64,000 nt of DNA from Zygnema circumcarinatum SAG 698-1b. Lineage: Eukaryota; Plantae; Zygnematophyceae. Below are positions 46,940-59,851 of this stretch, piece by piece. The notes beneath the pieces are model-generated. The model searched no databases. It was given only the letters and a program-made list of their open reading frames with translations, and was not told where the DNA came from. The DNA lies in assembly GCA_037447605.1 (NCBI GenBank), contig CM074816.1:883873-947872 (forward strand). The letters run 5' to 3'. Each line of letters opens with the position of its first letter. The stretch's first letter is position 1. The position numbers and the translations under genes were made by a program.

Positions 46940-49900
46940 ATGGCCTTGCGAATTGCATCCATGGCCTGCTATTCCTTCACCCCCTCACGCCCGCCATGGC
47001 CCGCTTCCTGCAAGCCCCCGCATCTGCAAAGAATGCACTTGCTGCTGCCGCCATGGCTGCGCCACGTGACACTCCTGCAACCACATGGCGGCGCCGCGCA
47101 GCTCCTTCCTGCAGCGTCAGGCTGCTGCAGAACCTTTTCTCTCCTGAACCCTCCTGTCTCCTATCTGTACACCTCACCAGACCCTGTTCCGAATCCTAAC
47201 CCTATTTTGAACCCTAGTTTTACCCCTAGTCAAGCAAGTGTGCATTCTGGCAAGCTGCCATGGCCGGTGCATTCACGGGAGAGCCGCTGGATTGTTAGGT
47301 GCCTTTCCGGAAGCTCTGTAGTGGAAAGCTTGTCATTGACGTCTACTGAAACAAGAAAAACTGCGGAGAAAAAGCCCAGAAACAAGGCAACCAGGAAGAA
47401 GAAGGTGCTTCCGGAAGTGCAGGAGACAGACAGCTTAGGATTAAGTGCTGAAGTGGTCCCAAACCCTAAAAGCTTTCAAGGGGACTCGACAAACCCTCCG
47501 CCAAAAACCGTGCACGTAAGATGTGTCATGCTTTTTTGTACTGTACAGCCTTGCTCATCAACCAGCAAAAATTCTCTAGAATATTTTTCCTAATTGGGAA
47601 ATCATGGTTTTTGACACGGGCTTGCCTTTTAAGTCCTTCCGTGGTTGGCTACGTTTCTTGTCTCATTTAAGTATCTATATACAATAAAGTCGAACAGGTG
47701 GAAATCAAGCATTGCGAAAAATGTATTGCGTCCTGAACATGCGTAGAAGCTGATAGTGGACTAGTTTACAGCCTCGCAGAATGTGAACGATGGGATAGAC
47801 CATGACGAGTAAGGTCCACCGTAACGCACGATGATGGTGATAAGGTGAAAAAGAACAATGAGGGTAGGCAAAAAGGTTTAGAAAATGGTTGTTGTCCTGA
47901 ATTTCCAACATGCGGAGTCAGTGTTAATTTCTTTCATGCTACATGCAACGGATGCAACGCATTGAACGCATGCAACTTTCAGACCGATCTGAAGCACAGC
48001 ATTGACTCTCTCCAAGGTTTTTGAACCAAGTGCATTTTGGCATTTGAAAGCTCCTGTGACCTTGAAAGCTCACGGTATCGACATTGAATTGCTTTGCTTC
48101 ACATCTGTTCCTTTGAGCAAAAAACACTTTTAGCATAACAGGCACTGAGGCATCTTTCCCTTCTCTCGAAATCGGAGCAAAGGAGCTCCCAAGCTGAGCA
48201 ACCGCGCATAAAATTGAGAACTAACTTCCATCAATACTTACAGAACTTAAGTCATCCTAAAGCCCATGAACCCCTATTAGCTATCGAAACCCCTGGCATG
48301 TCATGCTCTGAACAAATGCTGCATGGGATGTAGGTGTGCTGAACAGGTAGGAGGTCCTGAAGGGGCGGAATGGGAGTCTGTGGAGCAGTGGGTGGTCTTC
48401 TCAGACCTCCACTTGAGCCGCCGGACAGCCGATGTTTGCATGGAGGTCTTGAAAAGGGTCCATGCGGAGGCGCAGAAGCGGTAGGGATACACCTTTGCCC
48501 TTACATGACGTATTTACAACATTTTTCACTATACGTATTGACTACAGAATATATCAAATACAAACTGCTCTCAGGACTATGCAGCAAGTACTTGTAGTAG
48601 TGCCATCATTCCACTGTTAGGCGCCGCCGGTTGTGCACATCCTCTTAATCTCTTACAATAACGACTATTGACGACCCATGCGAATCCTTTCCATGCCCAC
48701 AACTAAAAAGACTAAATACGTCTTGGCAACAACTTGAATGCAGACCTTCCTTGTGTGGATAGCATCGATCGCAGGCAAACACGGAGAGTGTCCTCTTCTG
48801 AAGTTCCTGAGTCCTTGTAGGAAACTTGGATGTTCAGATTTGAGAGTTGAAGGGTTGAGTGTGGGAGTGGGGCCGGCGGCAGTGGTGCGGGTATCCTGTT
48901 CCTTGGAGACTTCTGGCACACCAGAGGAGCCCTTCCTGTTGAGCCTCTCAATGCGGCCCTGGAGGAGATCAGAACGTGGACCTGTCCGGCAATCTTCCTC
49001 ACAGGAAACCACGATCAGGTCCTTCTTCCTCTATTAGGGTTCGGCAACGCTTCATCCTTCTATTCTTGACAGAGCTTTGCATTCGGTTTTTTAAAACTCG
49101 CCTGTGCGTTTGTTGTTACAATCTAGTTCATAGATTCGAAGCCAACTTGTCCGTTCCATGTTGAGAGGAAGCCTTACACAGAGCTCTTCAGCAGGCTCAA
49201 TCATGCATACAGTTTACTCGAATTCCAAAACTCACTCTGAACCATGTGATCCGAAAAGAAATAAGCCTCTTTAAAAACCATGAAAGCGGCTCAAAACCCT
49301 ACTTTTACCATGCATGCATGGCTCTGCATTGCAGGTCTCCCTTAGTGGCCACATCCATGGAATGGAGGTGTTGGAAGTTGCCAATAGGCTTGTGCGAGTG
49401 GTAGACTCCCCCATGCTCTTCAAGGAGGCGCTGTGGCTTCCGTACAGTCATGACCAGTCCCTTCTGAAGGGGGCCATGGCGGAGCATCCCAATGTCAAGG
49501 CCATCTTCTGCCACGTGGACATTGTGAGCCCATGAAACCCCTGCTTTTCCATTATGGGTTTAGGGTTAGCAGGGAGCTTCCGCATGAGCGTATTCGTTGG
49601 GTGGGTAAGGTCATTTTATCTTATTGGTTTTTAGAGATCTCAACAGAATCATATAGACGGCTCTGTGAAACGTTGGGAAATTCCGCATTTAGTTTTTGTC
49701 ATTTTGTCATTTTGTCATTGTCATTTTCATTTAGAGTCGATCTCTGAATGTAAGCAGCTCTTTTAACTTCTGCAGGTTGGTGCTTTCATGAATGAAATCA
49801 GCCAATCCCTGCACGGAATGGAGCCTCACATGTTTCCGCAAGGAACGCCGGTTTACAGCGGACATTACCACAAACCCCACTGCGTGGCTAACACAACCAT

Positions 49901-50954
49901 CACATATGTGGGGGCGCCGTATCAAATTTCTTTCAGTGAGTCCGGGCAGGCAAAACGTTTCCTTTTGCTTGACCGGGATTGGAAGGTCAGCTGCGCAAAT
50001 GTTGTCCCAAATCGAAATTTTTGTGGTGTGCTAAGCAGACAGAGTTCAAAGGGAGGGAGAGGGAGTGAGAGAAACAGCGAAAGAGAGAGAGAGGGAGGGA
50101 GGGAGGGTCAGAAAGAGGTGCTTTAAGTGCCTTTGGGAACAAATGGCTCAAAGAGCTCAACTGCTTTGCAGGCATTCCAAAATCTTTTAGAGCTTTCTCC
50201 GTAGATTTTCTTGTTCTTCTGGTGATTTTCGTGTGTTTAGGGTCTCCCCTAAACAAAAAGTGAAAAGAAGAGAAAGGGGTTTCGGTCTTTGTGCTTTACC
50301 CAGTCAATTCAGCATTATACTCAAGCTTGTTCTTTATGCGTCCATCGAACCTTCTATTTTTTTCCTTTTTTTGTGAGGAGGGGCTCTGTACAGACACCTC
50401 ATCCGTAGCAATATCCTAATACGCACAAATTTCTATTTCATTGTGTTCTTTATTTCCCCTTTTTTTCCCAGAAAGTGAGCGATATTCCCATTGACTTGGG
50501 CCCCCGCCATTTCACTCTCCCGCCAGATGGCGTTCTGCCATTGGAGGAATTCCGAGAGGGAGATTTTGTGCGATGGCAGCCTAACAAAGAGCTCGAAACT
50601 GACCTTTTGAAAAAGCGCACGGTATTTTTCTTTTCTTTTTTTTGTTATCCTCGATATTTGTTGCATTTTTTTTCCTTTTTCATGTTTACCGCGTAAGTCG
50701 GAGGGTGACTATTACGAAGCTGTTTTTTTGCTGTTTTTTTTTTTTTTTTTTATTTATTTATTTATTTGGCTCGATAGAGGCTTGCTCTCAGTACGGCATG
50801 ATGCATTGGTTTTGTAGGAGAAGAGTGAAAGGACGTCTGTTTGTTGGGTCAACGCAGGAATGGCTTCGGGAAAAGGGAGTCCGAGTGGAGATACTTAATA
50901 CTCCTGCAATAACAAAGCCTCGAATAGCCTCTGCAGAGCATATGGTGCTCTCTC

Positions 50955-51005
<51 letters not shown>

Positions 51006-53609
51006 CGTTCGCTCGCTCGCACTCTCTCATCACTTGTTTCTATGTAGGATACTCTATAGGTGCTCCTAAGTTGAATCAAACTTTGGCATCTGACACTTAT
51101 CAGAATCAAGCATCCATTCGAAGCCTTTTCAGATTCCAAAGTTGAGAAATTCTTGTCCTGATTGTGAATGGGGACGTTGCTTTCTTCACACGTGTGTGCA
51201 GGACGCGTTCTGCCTCTTTCAAGCATATGCAGAGAGTGTTCACATGTCTAAAGCGAGAGTTGAACTGGCCATTCAGATATTGCGAAGCCTACACTTACCC
51301 CCTCAGCTCCTCTTGCAACAGACAGGTATGGGCAAAAGTTCTTAAAATCTATGGTTTAGTCTTTACTCCAACGCATATCAATAGAAATGCAGAGCAATGA
51401 TGAGCAGATGGATGTAGGGCTTGCATTGGAATGAGTGAATTTTTCTGATGCTCTCAGTTCGGCCTATTCTTGCGTTTGAGGAGAGAAGGGAGAGTGGCTT
51501 TTGCCTCCCCGACTTCTCTCTCTCTCGTCTTCCCTCCCTCCCCCATTCTTCCAACGTCTTCCTGTCCAGCCCGCTGCCCTCTCCGTCCATCAGTCCCTCT
51601 CTCTATTCTGCTCTCAGCTCCTCTCCTCTTCCTCACCAATCTCCCTCTCTTGCTCCGCTATTGCTTCATCTGTTTTCTCCTCACTTATCTATCCTCCACC
51701 CTCGACCTCAGCCTCTCCCCTTCTCCTTTTGGCGCTCCCTCCTCCTCACACCTCTCCTCTCTACTCTACTTTTCCATCTCCCCCTCCTCTCCCCATTCCC
51801 CCCCTTTGTCTCGCCCCACCCAGCCCTCCTCTCCTCCTCCTCCCCCCTTCCTCTCTCCCTCTCTTATCTCCCTCTCTCCCATCTCCCCCTGCAGTGGACC
51901 CACCCTTCACAAACCCCCTCCCCCCGCTTTCTCCCTCGTCCCCTGCTCCTCTCTCTGCGTCTCCCCCTTCTTTCCCTTACTCTCTCCTCTCTCCCTCTCT
52001 CCACTCTGACCCTCCCTTCCCCACTTCCCCCCCTTCAGTTCGCCTGGTCTTGGAGAGCGTGGAGGTAGAGGCGTACGGCCCCTTCCTCTCTCTCTCCCGC
52101 TACCCCCTCCTCTCCCGCGGGCTCCGAGTGGTTTCCGGCCTCAATGCGGACAGCGGCGCGGCCGACTGCAACGGCGCCGGAAAGACCGCCCTCGTCATGG
52201 CTCCACTTTGGGCACTCACAGGCAAGGGCGGCTTACTTTCTAAGAGCTTTAGGGTTTCAAGCAATCCTCAGATTTTTCAAATTTTAGGGTTTCTCACATC
52301 ACAGAATGAGTGATTGAGTCATGTCAGACGACGTCGCAGGGGTTTTTTTTTTTTTTTTTTTTTTTTCTGTGCTGGACCATCTTCAGGCAGAGCTGACAGA
52401 TGCCTTCCCTTTCACGACTTTCGAAGATATTCGGAAACCCTAAACATCTGTACTTTCATAGAACGCAAATATCCCTGAAAACTCTCTCTGTCTCTCTTCC
52501 CTCCCCTCCCTGAATGCCCACTGTCTCTCTCCCGCATCTCGCCTCTCTCCCTTTCCCACCTTTTTCTCTCTCGCTCTCTCCCTCTCTCTCTCTTTCTCTT
52601 TGTTCCTCCCCGCAGGCACGACTGACCCGAGGCCGGATAGCAGCCGTGGCCTTACAATGGCGGAAATGGTCCATCACGATGCTGACACGTGTCGTGTGCG
52701 CGTAGCCGGAACCGTCAATGGAGTGCCTTTTGAAGTTGAACGGGCTGCTGGAAAGTACGGTCTTGTCTGTTTCTGCCGCATGGATCAACTTTTGTTGGGA
52801 CTGAACTGAACAGGGAAAGGCTTTTTTATCATTTCAGGATGTCTCATTATGAGGGTAAAGGTCTTAAGGGCTCTAATATTTTGGGGATTTTTTTGGAGTC
52901 GTAGTTTACATTATTGCCTTAGGTGTGAACTCGCAACCTCATCTCTGTGTCTAAAACCTACATGGTGATGGTGGATGCCGAACTTGCAGCCCTGAAACCC
53001 TAAAAAAGCTGTGTTTCAGTACTATGTATGGAGCCTAATGCTTCCCCTTCCTAGTTCGGATGAATCCACTTCTGCAGGAGAGGAGGACTAAAGTTGTGGG
53101 TGGATGGAGAAGATCACACGTGTCAAGAGATTCGGCTGACTCAGCAACGGCTTGATGAACTTCTGTACGCGCCAAAGATGCCTTCCAAATCTGCGAAAAA
53201 CCCTAAAAACTTTTCAAATCATTCCCATGATGGCTGTTGAAACATGTGGAGTTCCCTCTGCTTGCTTCATCGCTCTCTTTACTTCGTTCTTTAAGCTGCA
53301 TTTCAACTTTTCATCGTTTGATGTCTTCAAGTCTGTGTGGCGATGATGCAGGGGAGGATGCAACTTGTTGCAGAAAATTGTGTTCCACGGACAGCATGGA
53401 GGAGGGAGGCTCCTTGAAGCGTCCGATAAAGAATTCAAGGTAGGACTGGAATCTCTATAGGCCCTGAAACATGCAAAAAAAGACATAGTCACTCTCCGCA
53501 TTCTCACTTTTCCCTTTCCAAACAAAAAAGTTAACTTTTTGTGTATTACTCCCTCCCCTCTCTCCCTCTCTCTCTTCTCCCCCCCCCTCTCTCTCTCTCT
53601 CCCCCTCTC

Positions 53610-53645
<36 letters not shown>

Positions 53646-56600
53646 GCGTAGTGTTTAGAAGCCGTTCCACTGACGGCGTCACATGTGTTGGCAGGACGAG
53701 CTGAGTGAGGTGGCGGTGCTGGACACGTGGGCGGCCGCAAAGGACAAAAGCTCCAAGGCGCTGCGCGAGGCTCGGACAGCTGTCAGCGCGTTAGAGGGCG
53801 CCCTCAAGGAGCTGCACCGCCAGACGCTCACTCTCACGGCCAAGGTGCTCAACCTAATCTAACCCTGGCCTGGCCAGCCTGGCCTGGCCTGGCCTGGCCT
53901 GGCCTGGCCTGGCCTGGCCTGGCCTGGCCTGGCCTGGCCTGGCCTAGCCTGGCCTGGCCTGGCCTGGCCTGGCCTGGCCTGGCCTGGCCTGGCCTGGCCT
54001 GGCCTGGCCTGGCCTGGCCTGGCCTGGCCTGGCCTGGCCTGGCCTGGCCTGGCCTGGCCTGGCCTGGCCTGGCCTGGCCTGGCCTGGCCTGGCCTGGCCT
54101 GGCCTGGCCTGGCCTGGCCTGGCCTGGCCTGGCCTGGCCTGGCCTAACCCCTAACCCTGACCCTAACCCTAACCTTAACCCTAACCCTAACCCTAACCCT
54201 AACCCTATCCATGAACTCCTGACCTAACCCTAACTCTAACCCCTAACGCTAACCCTAACCCTGAAAGTAACCCTAACCCTAATTCGTAACCCTAAGCCTA
54301 ACCCTAATCATGAACCCTTGAACTAAACCTAACCCTAACCCTAATCCCTAACCCGTCGACCCTAATTCTGAACCCTAACTATGAACCCTGACCTAACACT
54401 AACCCTAACGCTGATTTCGGACCCTAATAATCTTAAACCCTCATCCTAACCCTAATCCTTATTCTAAACCCTGAACCCTAACCCTGACTCTAACCAATCC
54501 TAACCCTAACCTCAACGCTAACCCGAACTTTAACCCTAACCATGAACACTAACCCGAACCTTAACCCGAACCCTAACCCTAACCCTACCCTAACCCTAAC
54601 CCTAAACATGAACTCTAACCCTAACCCTTATCCTAACCCTAACCCTACCGTGGACCCTAACCCTCACTCTAATGCTGAAACCTACCTAGTCGTATAGTAT
54701 TATTAGGGTGCAAGCTTTTAAACCGGCTAATTTTGACGAAGTAAAAAGATGCCTTCGCAGGTGGAGGAATGTCAGCAATTGGAGAACCAATGGGAGGCTG
54801 ACAGGTGTGCAGCAATGTTGTACCTTAGTGCAGGATTTGTCCATTTCTGAGCAATTTGTTGCCCCGCTATGCTCTGTAGGGTGTGGAGATACTTAAGGCC
54901 TTCAGCAGCTTAAGGAGCTGCTTGGAGTTCGAAAATGTCATTCCCTAAAAACCCTAAAACCCCTAAAGAATTCCATTTTAGAGCTTCACTCACATTCAGC
55001 TTTTAGGTGACAAGCAAACCATCTCGTTCGAATGCAGGATGAACAGAATGGTTGAACTTGAGAAGCAGTTGAATGCCCTTGACAAGGAACTGAGTTCCTG
55101 GTCGGAATGCTGCAAGGAGCAGCTGCATAGTGTGAAGTCAAGGCTGGAGGATTGGGAGAGAGAGGAGCAGGAACAGTACTATGCTGAAGGAGGTGACTTT
55201 GCTGACAGCGATAACGACAAAATAACTGCTCTGAAGGAGCGATCGGAGGAATCATTTAGGCGTTTCACTGAGGCTGATGTGAAGGTGCTAAATTCGGTGT
55301 TTCAAGTCCTTAGAGATTTAAGGTTTTGGGGAAAGGGAGGGGAGGGCGAGATGTTGGAGATTTGGCAGGATCTGAGCACTTGCAACTGTTGTAGCTGAAT
55401 TGCCGAATATCTCACTGACAACTATCCACTTTATGTCGCAGTTGCTTTAGACTCATTGCAAAAAATTGGAGTCCTGAAACTAGGGTTCCCAATCACATGA
55501 CTCTGAATCTCGACCATAAATGTAACATGTGAAGTAGTAGTAATAGTAGTCGTACCCCCAATACCGCAAACACTGCAAACCTCCTCCGACTTCTGCAAGC
55601 CTTTCCAATTTTTTTTTTTTTTTTTTTTTATTTCTCCTCCTTTCCTCTCTGCCGCAGATGCACGAGCTGCAGCGGAGGTGGCAGGAGGAGGTCCTTTCTC
55701 TCTCTGCCTTTCAGCAGCGAACTGCGGGCCAGGCTCTATGTGCCACCTGCCAGCAGCCAATCAGCGCTGGCCACGTGGCCTCCACAATGCAGACCATGCA
55801 GGAACGCGTGCAGACGGCCGAGCACGCATATAGGGACCAACTGCAGGTCTGTTTCTATGGGTTTTTGGTTTCTATCGTTTTTAGGATTCATATGGATTTA
55901 GGTATATATGGCTTCCTTTTCTCTTAGATGCTGGGAGTCAGCCCACTGCAGGACATCCTTTCATGGAAAATTCTCTATTTCTGCCTCTCCTCTTGCTCGT
56001 CAAGCACAATCACAACGTGTGTCTCTATCTCACAACCTGTGATAGTAATGCAGAGCTAAAAAAGGTGTGAAAACCCCAAAAATCTTAGATACTTCGTGTG
56101 ATGTTTATAGTCCGGCCTGGTCATGAGCTGAATAATTCTGCCATTCTCATCCATTCATGGTTTTCTTGTTGGTTTTTTTCAGAAAGTAAACGCAGCCAAA
56201 GCAGAGCAGGCTGCCGCCCGCCATTGCCTGCAGGCCGCCATGAGGGAGGAGAGGGAGGCCGCAGATCTCCAGCGTGCGGCCGCCATGGATCGGCAGCTTA
56301 AGGTCTGTGCCATTCTGAACCCCTACCTTAAGCCCTTTCGAATTTGCTGCAAATGTTAGGGTCTTATGATCGGGACTTTTCCTACAGATCCACCTCGGAT
56401 TCGTCAAATCCGAAGGTGGGACATTTAGTTTTTCTCCTCGTTTTAATTCTTTCTTTCTTTCTTTCTTTGTCGATCTTGTGAGTTTGCAGGCTCAGAGCCG
56501 GAGAAGAACTTTGCAAGGGATGCAGTTCCTTGTCAATTCTGCAACGCAGCTGTTGGACTCCGTTCAGATTTTTCTCACACGAAACTCATCGAGTGGACCT

Positions 56601-58562
56601 TTGAAGGCTGAGGAGGGTGAGGCAAGGGAGGAAGAAAGGGTCTGTGATTGAGAAAATTGAGAAGATAGTGAGCAAGGTGGGAATAGAGAGAGAAGAGGGA
56701 GAGTCAGAGGGAAGTGTGTGGGGAGAGAGTGAGCCGAGGGAGAGGACAGGGACTGAGAAGGAGCAGAGAAGGTGACAAGTGCGAGAGTGAGAGTGAGCAA
56801 GTGGCCATTTGAAGTTTGTCTCTGGGAGAGTGAATGCTTTTCGCCATGTTTCGACTGTATGCATCTTCTGACAACAACGTGGTTCTTATCTGAGTTGAAC
56901 AATCTCTTGTCAATCTCTACCCAACAATCTTACATCCAAAGTATATTTCTATTGGCCCCTTTCTCAGTTCTACCTCTTTTGGCTTGTCTTCCCACAGAGT
57001 TGGCTTCAAAAAATGTTCCGCCTCTCTTATCCGGCTCGGTCAGCTCCAATTTTATTTCGGAAGAATCCACGGAGGAAGTTATGAAAGCTCTTGAATTTGC
57101 TTTGACCTCCGGTCGCAGAAAATTCGAACTGTCGCAACAGAAAGAGGCGGAGAAGGGCTCTCTTCTTAGTGAGAAAAATCCTTACACTGCGGAGAGAGTA
57201 GTGCTGCAGAACCTCTGTGAGCGCTCACTGTTGGATGTGAGAGAGAAGGAGGAGCAGTGGGAGAGGGAGCAGAGAGCGGCCGAGGACTTAAAGGAGGTCG
57301 ACAATGCGTTTGGGTTGACCGGAGTGCAGGTGAGGGGAAAGTTGTGGACTAACAAAAGTAACAAAAAATAGCTTTTCAAACCACGCGTTTTCGTAGGGTT
57401 AAGAGTTTATTGGTTTTTAGTTTGAGCTTTATTTTACTGAAGCGACGCTCTGATCATTTCTCCCACTTTCTGTAGGCCAACACATAATCTGAATCCTTGT
57501 ATGAAAATTACGTCAAAGCGTCCAATTTCAAACCCCAGAAACCACACAAACATGCAATGTAAATTTCTCAGCATCACTCTCAAATCTTTCCGTTCCCCCT
57601 ACCTCTCTCCCTCTCTCTCCACCGTTCGCTTTGTCTTCTCCTCTCCCTCCCTCCCGCCCTCCCTTCCTCCCTCCCTTCCTCCCACCCCCTCTCGTCCTGC
57701 CTTCCTCACTCCCTCTCTCCCTCCCCCTCTCCGCCTCGCCCTCCCCCTCTCCGTCCTTCCCTCCTTCCCTCGCTCTCCCCCCCCCCCGCCCTCCTTTCCC
57801 CGCTCGCCTTGCCTTCATCATTCTCTCCATTCCTCCCTCCCCATGTTACCNNNNNNNNNNCCTCCCTCCCTCCCTCCCTCCCTCCCTCGCAGAGCTACGT
57901 CCTGGAGGAAGGCTTGGCGGAGCTGCAGGAGCGAGTGGCCAGCTATTTGGCAGTCCTCTCGGGCGGGGCCCTCAGTCTGCGGCTCGCCCCCGCGCGGCCC
58001 CTCAAGGGAGGGAGAGCGAGCGTGGAGAGGATCCGCAAGTCGGCCGTGGCCCGCCTCGAGGACGGCCGGGAGGTGGACCGCTCCGTACGGCAGCTCAGCG
58101 GGGGAGAGCAGAGGAGGATGGCGCTCGCCCTCTCTCTCGCCTATTCGGACTTAGCCGCAGAGAGGACCGGGTTCTCTTGCAACCTTCTCGTGCTTGACGA
58201 AGTTCTGCAGGTGGGTTGGAAACCCTTTTTTTTTTTAGGTAAAGGTTTTGGTTGAGCGACGGTTTTGAGCTTGGATAGAGTGAGGGAAGGGGTTCGGGGG
58301 GAGGCAATGTTGGGAGTGGGAGAGGGAGGATTAACAGAGGAGGGAGGGCTGGGGGTGGGTCACGTGGCAGCATTTGGATGCAGAGGGGCGTGGTCGCGTG
58401 GCCTCCATTCTGAAGGAGCTCCCGCAGAGCACAGTGCTCGTGGTTTCGCAGGCGCACAGCGACCTTGTGAGCACCTTCGACCGCGTGGACTGGGTGGTGA
58501 AGGAGAGGAACTGCGCTACCGTGCTGCTGGCAGAGGAGGCGGGAAATAGGCCTGTGGTGTAG
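46940..58562 (+). CDS. Fused SbcD/Mre11-like phosphoesterase and SbcC/Rad50-like SMC ATPase with organelle-targeting N-terminus
   Basis: Nuclease motifs: VFSDLH, LFLGDFWH, TGNHDQ, FCHVD, YSGHYHKPH, YVGAPYQ. In-phase join (51326 to 52039) into the ATPase: Walker A DCNGAGKTAL, coiled coil, hook CATCQQPI, signature LSGGEQRR, Walker B LLVLDEVLQHLD. Stop at 58562. Confidence 0.9.
53864..54145. repeat. (CCTGG)n pentamer array, about 56 units, intronic
   Basis: Seen directly; nearly perfect, with two variant units. Confidence 0.95.
54143..54672 (-). repeat. Degenerate (CCCTAA)n interstitial telomere-like array, intronic
   Basis: Seen directly; 6-mer ccctaa/ccctga/ccgaa variants abutting the CCTGG array. 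Confidence 0.92.
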
Positions 58563-59192
58563 AAGCGTGGAAGTCAGGGGTTATAGAGTGTAATTTTTTT
58601 TGAACCTGTTAAGGGTATGGAGGTTAGGGAATTGAATCTGGAAGATCATGCAAAGGCTCGAAAACGGTATTCTGCTGGGAAGGTTTCGTAAGCCATGGCA
58701 TGCTGAGACGTGGAGGCGGAAGGGATGGGTTCGGCGAGATGGGCTTTCCCTGTTTTCCACGTGCCAAATTGTACTTATACTTTTCAACAATAATGCATTG
58801 TAATGATGTCGTGCAAATACGATGGGCATGCAATTCATGAGTCTCGCAATTTCCCATACTGTGGGGTTGCCGTTATTTCTATTTCATTATTTCTATGTAG
58901 ATGCCCCTTTGAAGGCTCACGAACCCTTCGACAACACAGGACTCAAGTGCCCATGAACATCTTTTGAAACGGCAGGTAAAGAACCGGAAAACATACGGCT
59001 TTTCTTTGGACTTGCAAACAAGCTGAATCTATCTTCGAAATTGACAGAGCTGAGAACATCCTTTACTCGAGGGATGAGTCCCACTCTCCCCGAAGAAGCC
59101 CCGCTCTTCCACAATCCGCGGCGAACCACCCATCATCGTCGCAGTGCGACCTCCGTTTGGCATCGCCACATTCGCCGTTCATACATTCCACA

Positions 59193-59470
59193 GATCGGAC
59201 CATTAGACAAACCAGTCGACTGGTTGGCAACCAGTGGTTGCGGACCGAAACAACCATTCGACTGGTTGCCAACCAGTGGCTCAGGACCGAAACAACCATT
59301 CGACTGGTTTGGAACCAGTGGATGCCACTGGTTGGCAACCATTCGACTGGTTTGGAACCAGTGGATGCCACTGGTTGGCAACCAGTCGACTGGTTGCGAA
59401 CCAGTGGCGCAGGACTGAAACAACCATTCGACTGGTTCGGAACCAGTGATCCAATGGTTGGCAACCATTG
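59193..59470. repeat. Array of nested palindromes (AACCAGTCGACTGGTT, GGTTGGCAACC, AACCAGTGGATGCCACTGGTT)
   Basis: Seen directly. It begins with GATCGGACCAT, which resembles the 43363 terminus. Related motifs occur at about 37005-37100. Confidence 0.85.
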
Positions 59471-59851
59471 AATTTCTGAAATTATGCCTTTTTGCAAAAA
59501 TGGGCCGTATGTGTTTTTTGGTGGGTTGCCAACCGTTGACAACTACAGTCTAATCACGTTATAGTGACACTGTTTATAAGAACAGCATGGATATACTGAC
59601 TTTTTTTCCGGGAACGGAATTGCACCACTGCAGATCCTGCGCCAGTAGTGACGCCATTACGGATATAATGACGTTGAAAAACCCTGATTGTTACTATATA
59701 TTCAAAATGTCGATATTATCCACCCACGTATTGGAATATGCGTTACAAATATATTTACGACCGTACACATTATCGACTAATATCGTCAGATATCGACTTG
59801 ACCGTACATATCAAGTTGTCCGTACACATGCTCACTAGGGTTCGTACACAC

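Noticed and set aside
53727-54227. ORF with LAWPG repeats
   Set aside because: It is the translation of the intronic (CCTGG)n array.
59193-59470. CRISPR-like array
   Set aside because: There are no unique spacers, the units are overlapping palindromes, the context is eukaryotic, and no cas genes are present.
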